Positions 52,399 to 61,912 of a DNA stretch of 64,000 nt are shown here, piece after piece; position 1 is the first letter of the stretch; each line of letters starts with the position of its first letter. The position numbers and the translations under genes are program-made. The notes below the pieces were generated by a model, which was given only the letters and a program-made list of their open reading frames with translations, was not told the DNA's origin and did not search any database. The stretch covers positions 224,001 through 288,000 of the IMG/VR virus record IMGVR_UViG_3300014204_013734; one strand, given 5' to 3'. The stretch comes from a virus. Taxonomy: Duplodnaviria > Caudoviricetes.

Positions 52399-53265
52399 AT
52401 GCGGGTGATAGTTGACGCAAAAGAATTTCTCGCCAGTACCGGGTTGCCGGATCCTGACAAGATCCAGATAACCCAGGTAGACCGGACCCCCGGTTTGTCT
52501 GATGGGACCGGGGGAACTGCCATCAACGGCAGGTTCGTCATTCCCATCATGGAAGGGATTGATTTCCCTATTACGTCGGATTCCAAAGTATGGCCGATCA
52601 GCAACACGGACCCTTTAGCGGATCCTGACGTTAATTCGCAATCGTTCGCTTACCTTTTGGCATCCTTCCCCATGTACGGTCATTTGTTCTTCAATCCCTT
52701 CTTGGTTGAAGATGATATTTCCGGGGTAGGGGGCATCGATTTTGCCAAAACCTTCAGGGACAACAGCATAACCCCACCGGTTTACTATCCTTCCAGATTG
52801 CAGACGGGCCGTGAAGCTAGCCCTCCCGATTTGCCGGGACTGATGCCGACGCATACAGCTTTGTTGGCCTGCAATTGGCATGTTTCCGATGCGGGGCCTA
52901 ATGGTTTTCACCCAGGCATGCTCATCACCAAAGAAATTGATGTTTCGGCTTATACGGGTCCGGCCGGGACGGATGAATTTATGCTGTATTGGCACTTGCT
53001 TGATTTCACGATTTCTGAAGACATTGCATCGGATATCGGGGCAACCACCGGGTTGAATGAACCAGCTATCCGATACGTAAAGGAACCTGATCAGGAACCG
53101 GTAGGTTTTTCCGCTTGGATTTCTCCCGACAACGGAACCCATTGGTGTGAAGTTTCCAGATTTGAACCCGTCAGCTTCGCATCCAAGACGACCAAGATTC
53201 GAATTGCGTTTAGGAATGATGGGGACACAAAGATTTTCATCGCCAACTGGGCTGTTTTGTTCTAA
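52399..53265 (+). CDS. Hypothetical structural protein (288 aa)
   Basis: GAGGTG SD. C-terminal WISPDNGTHW...KIRIAF beta-sandwich-like pattern. Confidence 0.65.
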   Translation: MRVIVDAKEFLASTGLPDPDKIQITQVDRTPGLSDGTGGTAINGRFVIPIMEGIDFPITSDSKVWPISNTDPLADPDVNSQSFAYLLASFPMYGHLFFNPFLVEDDISGVGGIDFAKTFRDNSITPPVYYPSRLQTGREASPPDLPGLMPTHTALLACNWHVSDAGPNGFHPGMLITKEIDVSAYTGPAGTDEFMLYWHLLDFTISEDIASDIGATTGLNEPAIRYVKEPDQEPVGFSAWISPDNGTHWCEVSRFEPVSFASKTTKIRIAFRNDGDTKIFIANWAVLF

Positions 53266-53322
53266 GGAAAGCTGGACGGAAAGTAACCATAACCCCCGCA
53301 AACGTAGCGTGAGGACAGACAA

Positions 53323-56300
53323 ATGGCTAACTTCGGAACGGATGTATCGCGGACACTTGATGCTGTTTTTCGTCAGTTCAATCAGATTGTATGGCGAAAC
53401 GGAAAGCCCCCCATTGATTCAGAAATGAACCTTACGGGTCAGGTAGATTGGGAAAATCTCCGCGAAGAGATCAAATCTTTGATGCCTTCGGGATTCATTT
53501 CCGATCCAACCAGGCCCATGGACGATTTCCAGTTCAATGAAAACTGGTCCAACATGTTCGTTCTGGGTAATCCGGCCATTCGTATTGTCGGGGGCCAACT
53601 GGTTTACATTGAAAAGAACCCGGTAGTTTGGGCCAACGTCAATGGTTGGCTTGTTCCAGTTGCCGGAACTGATCTGGATCCCCTGACTTGGGGCGGAGGA
53701 GAGCCTGCCAACATCATCAGGTTGAACCCGCCTCCCGGCACGGATGCTCGGGTTGATTTCGTGTTCCTGGAAGTCTGGCAGGCGAGGGTTGACGCTAACC
53801 CTGCTACTGCAAACAAACCGTCCAAGGACAAGATTTGGAAGTACGGCAATACCAAATTCGGCCTGACCAATCTTCCGGATGACCTGGAAGATCCAACCAT
53901 AGGTTACGACACGACAGCCCGAATTCAAATCCAATACCGGATTCGCGTTTACGGCAGCGGTGTCGGGCAAGGTTCCGGGGCTGATCTGGTGAACTATCCT
54001 GACGGTCTCGGAAATCCTCTTATTGTCGGACAAGGGGCTGCTACGGCTCCTGTCCAGGGCTACGCGTTCATCAACATGCGGGAAGAACTGGGAGACACCT
54101 CTTTGTGGCGTGCGGGTGACGGTTCCTCGGGAGCTATGCAGAGCCTTGGTACGATTGACGGCTATTCTTGGGCCATTCCGATTTGTGCCGTGTTCCGGCG
54201 GGATTCGGCGTCTTATGTTGCCGTGTCGGAATCAGGTTCCCCCAACCATTCGGGGGGTTTCTGTCGGACCCCTGGAACCGTACGTCTTCCTGATCCGTTG
54301 ACGGGCGCCAGGGTTCTGACGATTCCAACCCTGAAGGATGGGTTTGATGCACAGGACGGATTTGATCCAGGGTCTGCCTATCCCGCAGGTCCCGTTCAAG
54401 TCGGTTTCCCTTACGGTCGTCCCGTTGCGTTTTCCTTCTATGTCGACAACCTGCGGGGTTCCGGTATTGACGACACGTCCCACAATTGGGACGGAGCTTT
54501 TCTCGTGATTGACGGGGAAATCCTTTCGGTTTCCGCCGTGGATGTCACCAACCAGAAAATTACTGTTCCGGCTGGCGGGCGTGCCCGGTTCGGAACCGAT
54601 GTTTCCGCCCACGCAGCGGGGGCGGTGATCAGTTTCTTCAACACACGTCCTGATGGTCTGTATTCCGATCAGATTGCTTCTTCCGACATCCTTGACCTTA
54701 GACGGTTTGTCAATGCTCAGGATTGGGACTTTGGCCGCATCCTGGAACACAACGTCGGATCCCTGCTGGCAGGTAAGTTGCATACAGCTTGGAAGAAGGG
54801 CGGGGCCAGCGTGTCCCAAGGTGTTTCGGTTCACGAAGTCGACCAGCTTTGGGCGGGGGGTGCAACGCATCCGGTCCAGACCGAACCCGTGGACGGTCCC
54901 GATGGTGTCAGGACTATTTGGTCGGATGCTGCTGCAATCCAGCCTGACATTACTTCTCTCCTGGACAATGAAGCCCCGACCGTAACACCCGGACCGATCA
55001 CCATTGATACCTTTGACGCTACCGTTCAGTGGGATGTGTCCCCTGGATTCAATCCACGTGGATTCCTCAACACTGCCGGTCTGGCGACGGCGACTTCATT
55101 TTCCAACGGTTCTGTTCTGCTCTTCCACATCGGTGGGGCGGACGGCACGGAAGGTGCCAGAGGGACGTTCAGGGACGGTTCCACCAGAGCCGTCAGGTTC
55201 CTGATGCCTAAGGAAGCCTGGAAATCCGGTTATCCGGTCGTGGATGCCCGTAATGGAAACCAACACCCGATCAGTATCCGGTTTAATGGGGAGCGGGCGT
55301 TTGAACATGTTCCTGAGGGTCTCGGAACGGCACGGACGGCAAGACATGTAGGACCCATGTACCCCTGGAAGGATCTGTCCTTTGAGTATCCTTTCATTGC
55401 TCTTGGAGGTATCTTGACCCCTGGCCCGATTGGGTCTTTGGGGGCGCCGATGCGCTATTCCAGACCCGTCACCAACTTCCAGGCGCATACGGCAACTTCT
55501 GATCCTGCCATCTTCAACAAACTTGTTGAATTCAATGTTGGCATTGATTTCGACACCGTTGGTCAGTGGTACAGCCTTGACGATTCGGGGGATATGGCCA
55601 ATGATCCGTCCGCCGTTGCAGAACCGGTGCTGCGTAGTTTACGGACGCTTTACGGTTTGCTGACCGACAATGGCCGTGACCGTACGGGTCTTTCTTCGGA
55701 ACTTTACGTGGTGCTTTACGGAGACACGGTTTTCCGTCATAACAACGGCGCCTTCCAGGTTGTCGGGGCGGGAACAGCCGGGTACACGATCAATTCCGGG
55801 GCGGCGTCGGGCAATCTTGTCCTAAGACCTTTGTCGGCCGATTTTGATACGTTTAATGCGGCGACGGGTGCAACCGTTGCCATTGAATTCCGTACCCCGG
55901 AACACAATTCTGAAGACAGGTCGGACGCCGGGGCTGATTTTGCCGACCTTGCCATTGTCTTTACCGACATTGGCGGGCAGTTGGCCATGGATACGCCTAC
56001 CCCTTGGAATCCTCCCGTTGTCGTTTCGGGGATGCAGATTGTTTCTCCCGATCACCCGTGGCTGCGGGACAAGTTAGGGGCAGGGACCAATTATGACTTG
56101 TCCATTCAGGACACGGTTGGAGACGGCACCGGCACCGCCTTTGTGGACAACAAGGCAATTGTCAGCTTGTCTCTTCTTTACCATCCTGGCCGAGGCGCCG
56201 AAACCCGTATTCCCGACAACTTCTGCCGGTTTGCCTTGAAGGGGAGTAACACATCTCCCGGGGCGTATCTCCGTCAGAATCCAGCGTCCATTGACACGAC

Positions 56301-59300
56301 GTTTGCCGCCACTTCCGGCATGCCTTCCAATGAAACCTTCTGGGATGCGGTGCATGTCCAGCTTTGGAATCGGCTTTCTTCCTTGGGTTGGAACGCCGGT
56401 GGGGATCCTTCGGGCGGTACCGGAACCAGTCAGCCGAACTGGGGCGGCAATTTGGTCGGTTGGACTGAAATCGACCGGGAAAGCGAACTGTTCTTCGACC
56501 GCGGTTCCAAGACCGTCGTGTTCCGTCCCTTTAGGGATCGGGAAATGACCTTGAAGACCATGCCGCTGATGACAAACACCGTTCCGAGACCTTGGCCCCC
56601 CGTTTATATCGCGTCTGCATTCGCTGCAAACCATTGTTTGATGGGTCCATACACGTATCCGACGGCGACCGCCGGAACAGCTAAGGATTCCTTGGAACTT
56701 TACACCTTCATGGCAGGCGGGGGTTCCACGGCAGCGACCAACGGTAAGGTAACTGCCTACGTTGTCCCGACGGAATACATGCCCCGATTCGGACGGCAGG
56801 ATATCCCGTTCTACGTCGACCTTAGTCAAGGTGCAGGGCCTTTTCTGCCCGGCATCAACCATCTGTTCCTCGATACAACCAACGTGAACGCCGATGTTTT
56901 CAACATCATCGGCGGGGAAACTTCCAACAGTGAAATCAAGACCCTGTTGGTTGTAGCTTCGTCCGGAACCAGTACGCATGGGCCGGCCAACTACGGGAAA
57001 GATTCCACCATCACGAAAGAAGAAAACGAACTTCCCTGTTATGTTGGACGCAAAACGACTGACATTGACCCTGCCCGGACTTACGCACCAGAAGTCATTG
57101 CCAACTTGGCAGCCGTCAATTCTTCGGATTTCGGCAAGGGTTTGAAAGGTATTCAGCTTCCGCCGTACCTTGGCCCCGCCCGTATCCTGGGCGTGTTTGA
57201 CCGGTCCGACTTCACAACCCGCGCCGGACGCACATTTGAAGCGAACCGTTGGCAGATGGTAGACGATTGTTGCCCGAACCTTCTCCGGGTTGATGGGGAC
57301 AAGCAGACGCTGTACATCCTTCAGGACGGCGCAAAGGACCTTACTCAGGAATCGGATGATCACACCTACATCATCCCGGAATCCGCCATTGACATCAGCA
57401 AGGCCCTTAGTTGGACTGGCACGGGTGACACCTTTGAAGCGCACAACTATGTTGTCGAACTGGAAGCCTTCGGTTTCGCCAAAGGCTTCATTAACCAGAA
57501 CAACTTCGTTTTGATCCGCCATTACAACGGGCATGGTGGGGAAAATTTCGACGGTCAGTCGGTTGAACTTCCCAACATTCACATGATCCTTCCTGCTCCC
57601 GCCAAGGCAAATGACGCCTTTTACGTGGCGGCAAATCGGACACCTTATCAAGGCGATCCTTACTTCACGCGGCAGGACGGAACGCATACGGCGGTTTGGT
57701 CGGATTGGGCCGCCCGTTATGGTCAGATCACGACCCATGACGAAAGCGTCTTGATGACGCCGATCCAGCAATACGATCCATATGGGGTATTCGTGCCGGA
57801 AATCACGAACCCCCGAGTTTTTGAAGTCCTTGCTTCCATGGATTTCTATACTACGATGGGGACCGGCAAGATTGGCGGTGCCCTGTCACCAGGGACGCCT
57901 TTGGACGTTGGATTCAGGGGTTTGGACGAGGGGGTTCAGCCCCCGTGGCCTTGGAAGTATCCGAAGTCGGATCCTTGGCCTGAATGCCGTTTTGTACCAA
58001 GGGCTTTCACGGAAGGACAGAAGGACAACCCGTCCAGGGCTGGCATGGAAGTGTTTGCCAGGGATAACACCCGGTGGAACCCTGACGACAAGACCTTCAT
58101 TCGTATCCGGTTCGGATTGTTGGACGACACTTGGGTCAACCTTTACGGGTCTACCGATGCGAATCGGGCTGATCTTTTCACTTGGTTGACCGACCCAACT
58201 GGTGGGGGCCTCACGGCTACCGAAGCTGCACAAGCAATATTCCGGGTTGACAGCACTTCGGCCACGGTCTTCTATGATCGGGGCAGCACCCATTCAACCG
58301 TCAGTGTCCCGTATGGCGGGACTGTTGATATGACGGTCAGTGTTCCGGGCGCCGTGGTTGGGGATGCTGCGATCATCAATAACCGCATTGTTCCGTCTAA
58401 TCCCTCTGTGTTTTGTACCGGTTGGGTTTCGGCTGCGGATACAGTCACCGTCCGGTGGATTCATGTTCTGGATTCTCCGTTCACGTGGCCTTTGGCTTCC
58501 GGGAACAACAATCTGTTGCGGGACTTGGCTATCGCAGATACACATGTGTTGGCCAACAATTCCGCCGCCGTAACCCCGACCTTGACTTTCACTGGGGCGG
58601 CTACCGGGGATACCGTGTTGATTGAAGACCTGACGGGAACGAACCACAACATCATCTTCACGGGTCGTGTTACGGCTGCGGATACGGTGACTGTGTGGGC
58701 ACACAACATTTCAACCGGAGCTTTGGATACGGGCACCCGTACCCTTCGTATCGGTGTGTTCCGTAACCAGACGTTCACCGCTGTTACCGTCAATGATCCT
58801 GATATCAAGGTAGCTCATCGGACCGGCAGCATGACGCACACTATTGCGAATCTGGTAACCAAGATCAACAACCATGCTGACCTTTACAAGTCAGTCAAGG
58901 CATTTACCCCTGGTGACGACAGTTTTTCCGTTGTGTCGGTTCCTGTCGGTTCGGAAGGGGATGGCATCCAGTTGGCAGTAGACATGTTCTACTTGACTGG
59001 GGCTACCGCACCAGACCAGTCAGCCCAACAGTTGGTTTATATGCGGTCAGCTATTCCGTCCAACGACCATCCGATGCCATTTGTTTCAACGGCCCGGTCA
59101 GAGTTGGTTGGTGGAATCGACGTGATGGTGAATGCTGGTAACGGCACTAGCCAAATTGGTTTGACCGGCATGACGGAACGGCTGCCTCTTGGGGCGATCC
59201 TTCAGGACTTTGAGTTCTTGTGCGAAAATCCCTTGGGGGATGACGCGTCGGCGGTCAAGACAGGTCCGGCGGGTCCAAGGCCCGTACAGACAGTTATGCC

Positions 59301-59859
59301 GATGGCGGCCGCCGGTGAAGAATTTGACAGGTTCACTGGAGAACCGGGATTGACCGTTGCCTTGTCGGACGGGTACACCTGCATTACGGACTTCACGCCT
59401 TACAATGCAGATACGGCCCCTGACGGTATTCGCCAGTTCCGTATTTTCCGAGGCGGCGGGGCGACCTACATGGTTGGAGGTCCGAACCCCGGCGGTCCTT
59501 TGGATTGGGTTGCGGACACCTTCCCGGCAGCGAGTCACCCGGTCCTGAAGGGTTCCGTCTTGGCTTGCCGAGCAATGCTTGTCCGAAACTTCCCTGAACA
59601 GGTAGAAGAAGGGGACAACATTCGTACGGTGTCTGAAGGCGATGAAATTCAGATGGTTATCCTGACTTACGGTATCCGCGGGTCCGCTGTTTCGTACCAG
59701 GGATTTTCCTTGGATGGAATCATAGGTCCTTCCGGGTATGGTGAAGCATGGGCGGCCGCTGATCGTTACCGAGTGGATGGCCATCCGATGTTCCGCGGTT
59801 TCGGCCGTCAAGCACCTGATCCTTGGGTGCAGTTGGCGGTGTATCCTGACAACAACTGA
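53323..59859 (+). CDS. DUF6519-like tail-associated protein, paralogue B (2178 aa)
   Basis: VSRTLD...RQFNQIVWRNGKPPIDSEMN, RVDFVFLEVW, DPTIGYDTTARIQIQYRIR, LWRAGDGS and RPDGLYSD...ILDLRR are shared with paralogue A. Confidence 0.65.
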   Translation: MANFGTDVSRTLDAVFRQFNQIVWRNGKPPIDSEMNLTGQVDWENLREEIKSLMPSGFISDPTRPMDDFQFNENWSNMFVLGNPAIRIVGGQLVYIEKNPVVWANVNGWLVPVAGTDLDPLTWGGGEPANIIRLNPPPGTDARVDFVFLEVWQARVDANPATANKPSKDKIWKYGNTKFGLTNLPDDLEDPTIGYDTTARIQIQYRIRVYGSGVGQGSGADLVNYPDGLGNPLIVGQGAATAPVQGYAFINMREELGDTSLWRAGDGSSGAMQSLGTIDGYSWAIPICAVFRRDSASYVAVSESGSPNHSGGFCRTPGTVRLPDPLTGARVLTIPTLKDGFDAQDGFDPGSAYPAGPVQVGFPYGRPVAFSFYVDNLRGSGIDDTSHNWDGAFLVIDGEILSVSAVDVTNQKITVPAGGRARFGTDVSAHAAGAVISFFNTRPDGLYSDQIASSDILDLRRFVNAQDWDFGRILEHNVGSLLAGKLHTAWKKGGASVSQGVSVHEVDQLWAGGATHPVQTEPVDGPDGVRTIWSDAAAIQPDITSLLDNEAPTVTPGPITIDTFDATVQWDVSPGFNPRGFLNTAGLATATSFSNGSVLLFHIGGADGTEGARGTFRDGSTRAVRFLMPKEAWKSGYPVVDARNGNQHPISIRFNGERAFEHVPEGLGTARTARHVGPMYPWKDLSFEYPFIALGGILTPGPIGSLGAPMRYSRPVTNFQAHTATSDPAIFNKLVEFNVGIDFDTVGQWYSLDDSGDMANDPSAVAEPVLRSLRTLYGLLTDNGRDRTGLSSELYVVLYGDTVFRHNNGAFQVVGAGTAGYTINSGAASGNLVLRPLSADFDTFNAATGATVAIEFRTPEHNSEDRSDAGADFADLAIVFTDIGGQLAMDTPTPWNPPVVVSGMQIVSPDHPWLRDKLGAGTNYDLSIQDTVGDGTGTAFVDNKAIVSLSLLYHPGRGAETRIPDNFCRFALKGSNTSPGAYLRQNPASIDTTFAATSGMPSNETFWDAVHVQLWNRLSSLGWNAGGDPSGGTGTSQPNWGGNLVGWTEIDRESELFFDRGSKTVVFRPFRDREMTLKTMPLMTNTVPRPWPPVYIASAFAANHCLMGPYTYPTATAGTAKDSLELYTFMAGGGSTAATNGKVTAYVVPTEYMPRFGRQDIPFYVDLSQGAGPFLPGINHLFLDTTNVNADVFNIIGGETSNSEIKTLLVVASSGTSTHGPANYGKDSTITKEENELPCYVGRKTTDIDPARTYAPEVIANLAAVNSSDFGKGLKGIQLPPYLGPARILGVFDRSDFTTRAGRTFEANRWQMVDDCCPNLLRVDGDKQTLYILQDGAKDLTQESDDHTYIIPESAIDISKALSWTGTGDTFEAHNYVVELEAFGFAKGFINQNNFVLIRHYNGHGGENFDGQSVELPNIHMILPAPAKANDAFYVAANRTPYQGDPYFTRQDGTHTAVWSDWAARYGQITTHDESVLMTPIQQYDPYGVFVPEITNPRVFEVLASMDFYTTMGTGKIGGALSPGTPLDVGFRGLDEGVQPPWPWKYPKSDPWPECRFVPRAFTEGQKDNPSRAGMEVFARDNTRWNPDDKTFIRIRFGLLDDTWVNLYGSTDANRADLFTWLTDPTGGGLTATEAAQAIFRVDSTSATVFYDRGSTHSTVSVPYGGTVDMTVSVPGAVVGDAAIINNRIVPSNPSVFCTGWVSAADTVTVRWIHVLDSPFTWPLASGNNNLLRDLAIADTHVLANNSAAVTPTLTFTGAATGDTVLIEDLTGTNHNIIFTGRVTAADTVTVWAHNISTGALDTGTRTLRIGVFRNQTFTAVTVNDPDIKVAHRTGSMTHTIANLVTKINNHADLYKSVKAFTPGDDSFSVVSVPVGSEGDGIQLAVDMFYLTGATAPDQSAQQLVYMRSAIPSNDHPMPFVSTARSELVGGIDVMVNAGNGTSQIGLTGMTERLPLGAILQDFEFLCENPLGDDASAVKTGPAGPRPVQTVMPMAAAGEEFDRFTGEPGLTVALSDGYTCITDFTPYNADTAPDGIRQFRIFRGGGATYMVGGPNPGGPLDWVADTFPAASHPVLKGSVLACRAMLVRNFPEQVEEGDNIRTVSEGDEIQMVILTYGIRGSAVSYQGFSLDGIIGPSGYGEAWAAADRYRVDGHPMFRGFGRQAPDPWVQLAVYPDNN

Positions 59860-59874
59860 TTGGAGGATGAACAG

Positions 59875-60282
59875 ATGAAGCTATTTTCGGCAATCGTTCT
59901 TGTGGTCGTGATGCTTCTTACCGGATGTGCTACGGTGGATTACTTCACGAACCCTGGTAACCAGAAGGTCCTGACGGAAATGGGCCTGACGTGCTTCCAA
60001 AGCGGTGATGTGAAAGCCGGGGCTGCCTACATCATCAAGAAGGCAGGGACTTCCGTTGAACCGACCACGACCGGTGAATTCCTGATCGGATGTGATGGCA
60101 AGTGGTTTACCGTGGTTTGCGATTTCACCAAGAAACCGTCGGAAAATCCTTGCACGGGGCTCAAGGAATACGACCTGAAGACGGTTTCCACGACGGGATT
60201 CACGTATGTTCCGGTCACTGCTCCAGTTCCGTTAAACCCGACGCCCGTTCTTGCTCCGATGCCGCAAGCTGGAGGTAAGTGA
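59875..60282 (+). CDS. Lipoprotein (135 aa)
   Basis: MKLFSAIVLVVVMLLTG|C lipobox, GGAGG SD, four further Cys and a Pro-rich tail. Confidence 0.75.
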   Translation: MKLFSAIVLVVVMLLTGCATVDYFTNPGNQKVLTEMGLTCFQSGDVKAGAAYIIKKAGTSVEPTTTGEFLIGCDGKWFTVVCDFTKKPSENPCTGLKEYDLKTVSTTGFTYVPVTAPVPLNPTPVLAPMPQAGGK

Positions 60283-60602
60283 ACATGGTCAATGGGTTGA
60301 AGAAGATGATTTCCGTTGAGGAAGTGCTGGCATTTCTCAATGAGGCACTTTTGTTGGATCAGGATGCCGTTTCAAATCTGGTTGAAACACGTTTCCCGTG
60401 CAACGCTGCTATGGCGAATCACCCAACCATTCAGGTGTCGGGGGAACCAGACGGGAAAAGTCCAAAGGTGGGATTCTTAGGCGTCCTGAATGGGATGTTT
60501 GGGGCAGACGAAGGCGGTTATGGCCCCTTTACAATGGATGTCACTGATGACGGAACAGTTCTGAGGTTCTACAAGACGCCGAGTCCGTTAGAACGCCAAT
60601 AG
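60279..60602 (+). CDS. Phage hypothetical protein (~107 aa)
   Basis: GGAGG SD and GTGA overlap. The exact start is uncertain. Confidence 0.65.
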   Translation: MNMVNGLKKMISVEEVLAFLNEALLLDQDAVSNLVETRFPCNAAMANHPTIQVSGEPDGKSPKVGFLGVLNGMFGADEGGYGPFTMDVTDDGTVLRFYKTPSPLERQ

Positions 60603-60613
60603 GGAGACGTGTA

Positions 60614-60838
60614 ATGCCGTTTTTGAAGCGACAGGACATTGACTTGGCCCTTCGGGCGAAGCACGACAAGGAATGGAAGACGAAGCTTAAGCAAGCATTG
60701 ATCAATCCGGCCTTGACCGCCGAGGAACGACGGCATATCCAGGAGCAACTGGACATGGTCGGGAAACCCAAGGTGTACAGGGCGGACACCCCGCCTAAAC
60801 TTGGGGCTATTTCTTTTACTGAGGAGAAAGAGGAATGA
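60614..60838 (+). CDS. Hypothetical protein (74 aa)
   Basis: GGGAG SD and ATGA coupling to the next gene. Confidence 0.6.
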   Translation: MPFLKRQDIDLALRAKHDKEWKTKLKQALINPALTAEERRHIQEQLDMVGKPKVYRADTPPKLGAISFTEEKEE

Positions 60839-61254
60839 AGAAGCTGGCTATGACGGTCCTGGTGGCACTGGTCTTGTTCACATCCGCTTTGGTGGTGAAT
60901 GCGGAACAGACGGCGCCAGTTCCTGCAACGGTGGCTGCCCCCGCTGCAACAACCAATGCCCCTGCGACTGATGTCGCCCCGGCAGCGGTTCCTGCTGCGG
61001 ATACTCCGGCAACCCAGGATGCTGCGGTTGCTACCCCGGCAGTTCCGGCTACCGATGCTGTGACGGCACCGGCACCTGCCGCAACGGCGGACGCTACCCC
61101 TATTAAGGTTCCTGACAATGTTGAACAGGTTGTGAAGGTTGCGGAAGCGGAAGGTGCGGGTTACGGTACTTATGGCACCATCATTGTGTTGCTTCTGGCC
61201 CTTAGCACGATTCTGTACCGGACGTTTGGCAAGAAAAAGACCCCGAAAGTGTGA
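60835..61254 (+). CDS. Exported Ala/Pro/Thr-rich protein with a C-terminal membrane anchor (139 aa)
   Basis: Signal peptide MKKLAMTVLVALVLFTSALVVNA, low-complexity linker, TM helix TIIVLLLALSTILY and basic tail GKKKTPKV. Confidence 0.75.
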   Translation: MKKLAMTVLVALVLFTSALVVNAEQTAPVPATVAAPAATTNAPATDVAPAAVPAADTPATQDAAVATPAVPATDAVTAPAPAATADATPIKVPDNVEQVVKVAEAEGAGYGTYGTIIVLLLALSTILYRTFGKKKTPKV

Positions 61255-61272
61255 TTGATCCCGCTTTGACAG

Positions 61273-61308
61273 AAGGCCCCTGCCAGTTTCCCGGCAGGGG
61301 CCTTTTTT
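61273..61308 (+). terminator. Rho-independent terminator closing the structural operon
   Basis: Perfect 12-bp stem AAGGCCCCTGCC/GGCAGGGGCCTT with an 8-nt loop and a T-run, between convergent genes. Confidence 0.85.
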
Positions 61309-61314
61309 CGTCGT

Positions 61315-61899
61315 TTATTCGTTCCTTTCCGTGATGACCACGCTTGGGCTGGCATCTTCCGCCTTCACGACACGGTTCTTTTCGTAGTCCACCTTGACGG
61401 GGTAGGGGTAAGCCGTAACCTTCCCCTCTACGTACACTGGCACAATCTTGGCCATCCCCTGATCAAGGACGACACACATGACCCACGTTGCCGAAGTCGT
61501 CTTGGACGAATACAGGCCATTTGGTTCAGGCTGCTCAACAATCCCATTTGCGTAACCTCCCGCAATGTACTGCTGGGCAATCTTGAGGGGGTTGGAAAGC
61601 TGGACATCATACGGGATGGGAAATCCAATGGACGGGCAGTCCCCTTCAATGACGCTCATGTCACCTCGCCACACGGAATGGGTAGCCACGGCTCGGTTGC
61701 GGGCTTGATAAATTTGAACGTACACCTGCCGTTCCCGGCTGTAATCAAAGAACGGAATAGGTTGCGTTTTGGCATACTGTTGCTGTTGTTTGTCCACATT
61801 CTCTGCGTCCAGCATTTCCTGCTTGGATGTTCTGTTATCCCAACAACCAGACAACAACAGAACGAACAGGATTCCAAGAATTGTCGGTACGGTTTTCAT
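61315..61899 (-). CDS. Phage lipoprotein (194 aa)
   Basis: Start reassigned to ATG 61899 (AAGGA SD). MKTVPTILGILFVLLLSG|C lipobox; PIPYDVQLSNP and EPNGLY motifs. Confidence 0.75.
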   Translation of the reverse strand: MKTVPTILGILFVLLLSGCWDNRTSKQEMLDAENVDKQQQQYAKTQPIPFFDYSRERQVYVQIYQARNRAVATHSVWRGDMSVIEGDCPSIGFPIPYDVQLSNPLKIAQQYIAGGYANGIVEQPEPNGLYSSKTTSATWVMCVVLDQGMAKIVPVYVEGKVTAYPYPVKVDYEKNRVVKAEDASPSVVITERNE

Positions 61900-61912
61900 A
61901 GGTTTCTTCCTT

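Noticed and set aside
56074-57771. Long antisense ORFs (565 aa here; also 11384-12808, 22704-23882, 39561-40652, 42048-43043 and 46746-47669)
   Set aside because: They lie wholly opposite strong genes and have no recognisable motifs. They are expected shadows when the sense strand rarely uses TTA, CTA and TCA codons.
26155-59859. Diversity-generating retroelement acting on the tail proteins
   Set aside because: No reverse transcriptase was found, and I saw no near-identical TR/VR pair differing at adenines in this window.
60900-61110. Possible tandem repeat or CRISPR-like array
   Set aside because: This is only low-complexity Ala/Pro/Thr coding sequence, with no fixed repeat-spacer structure.
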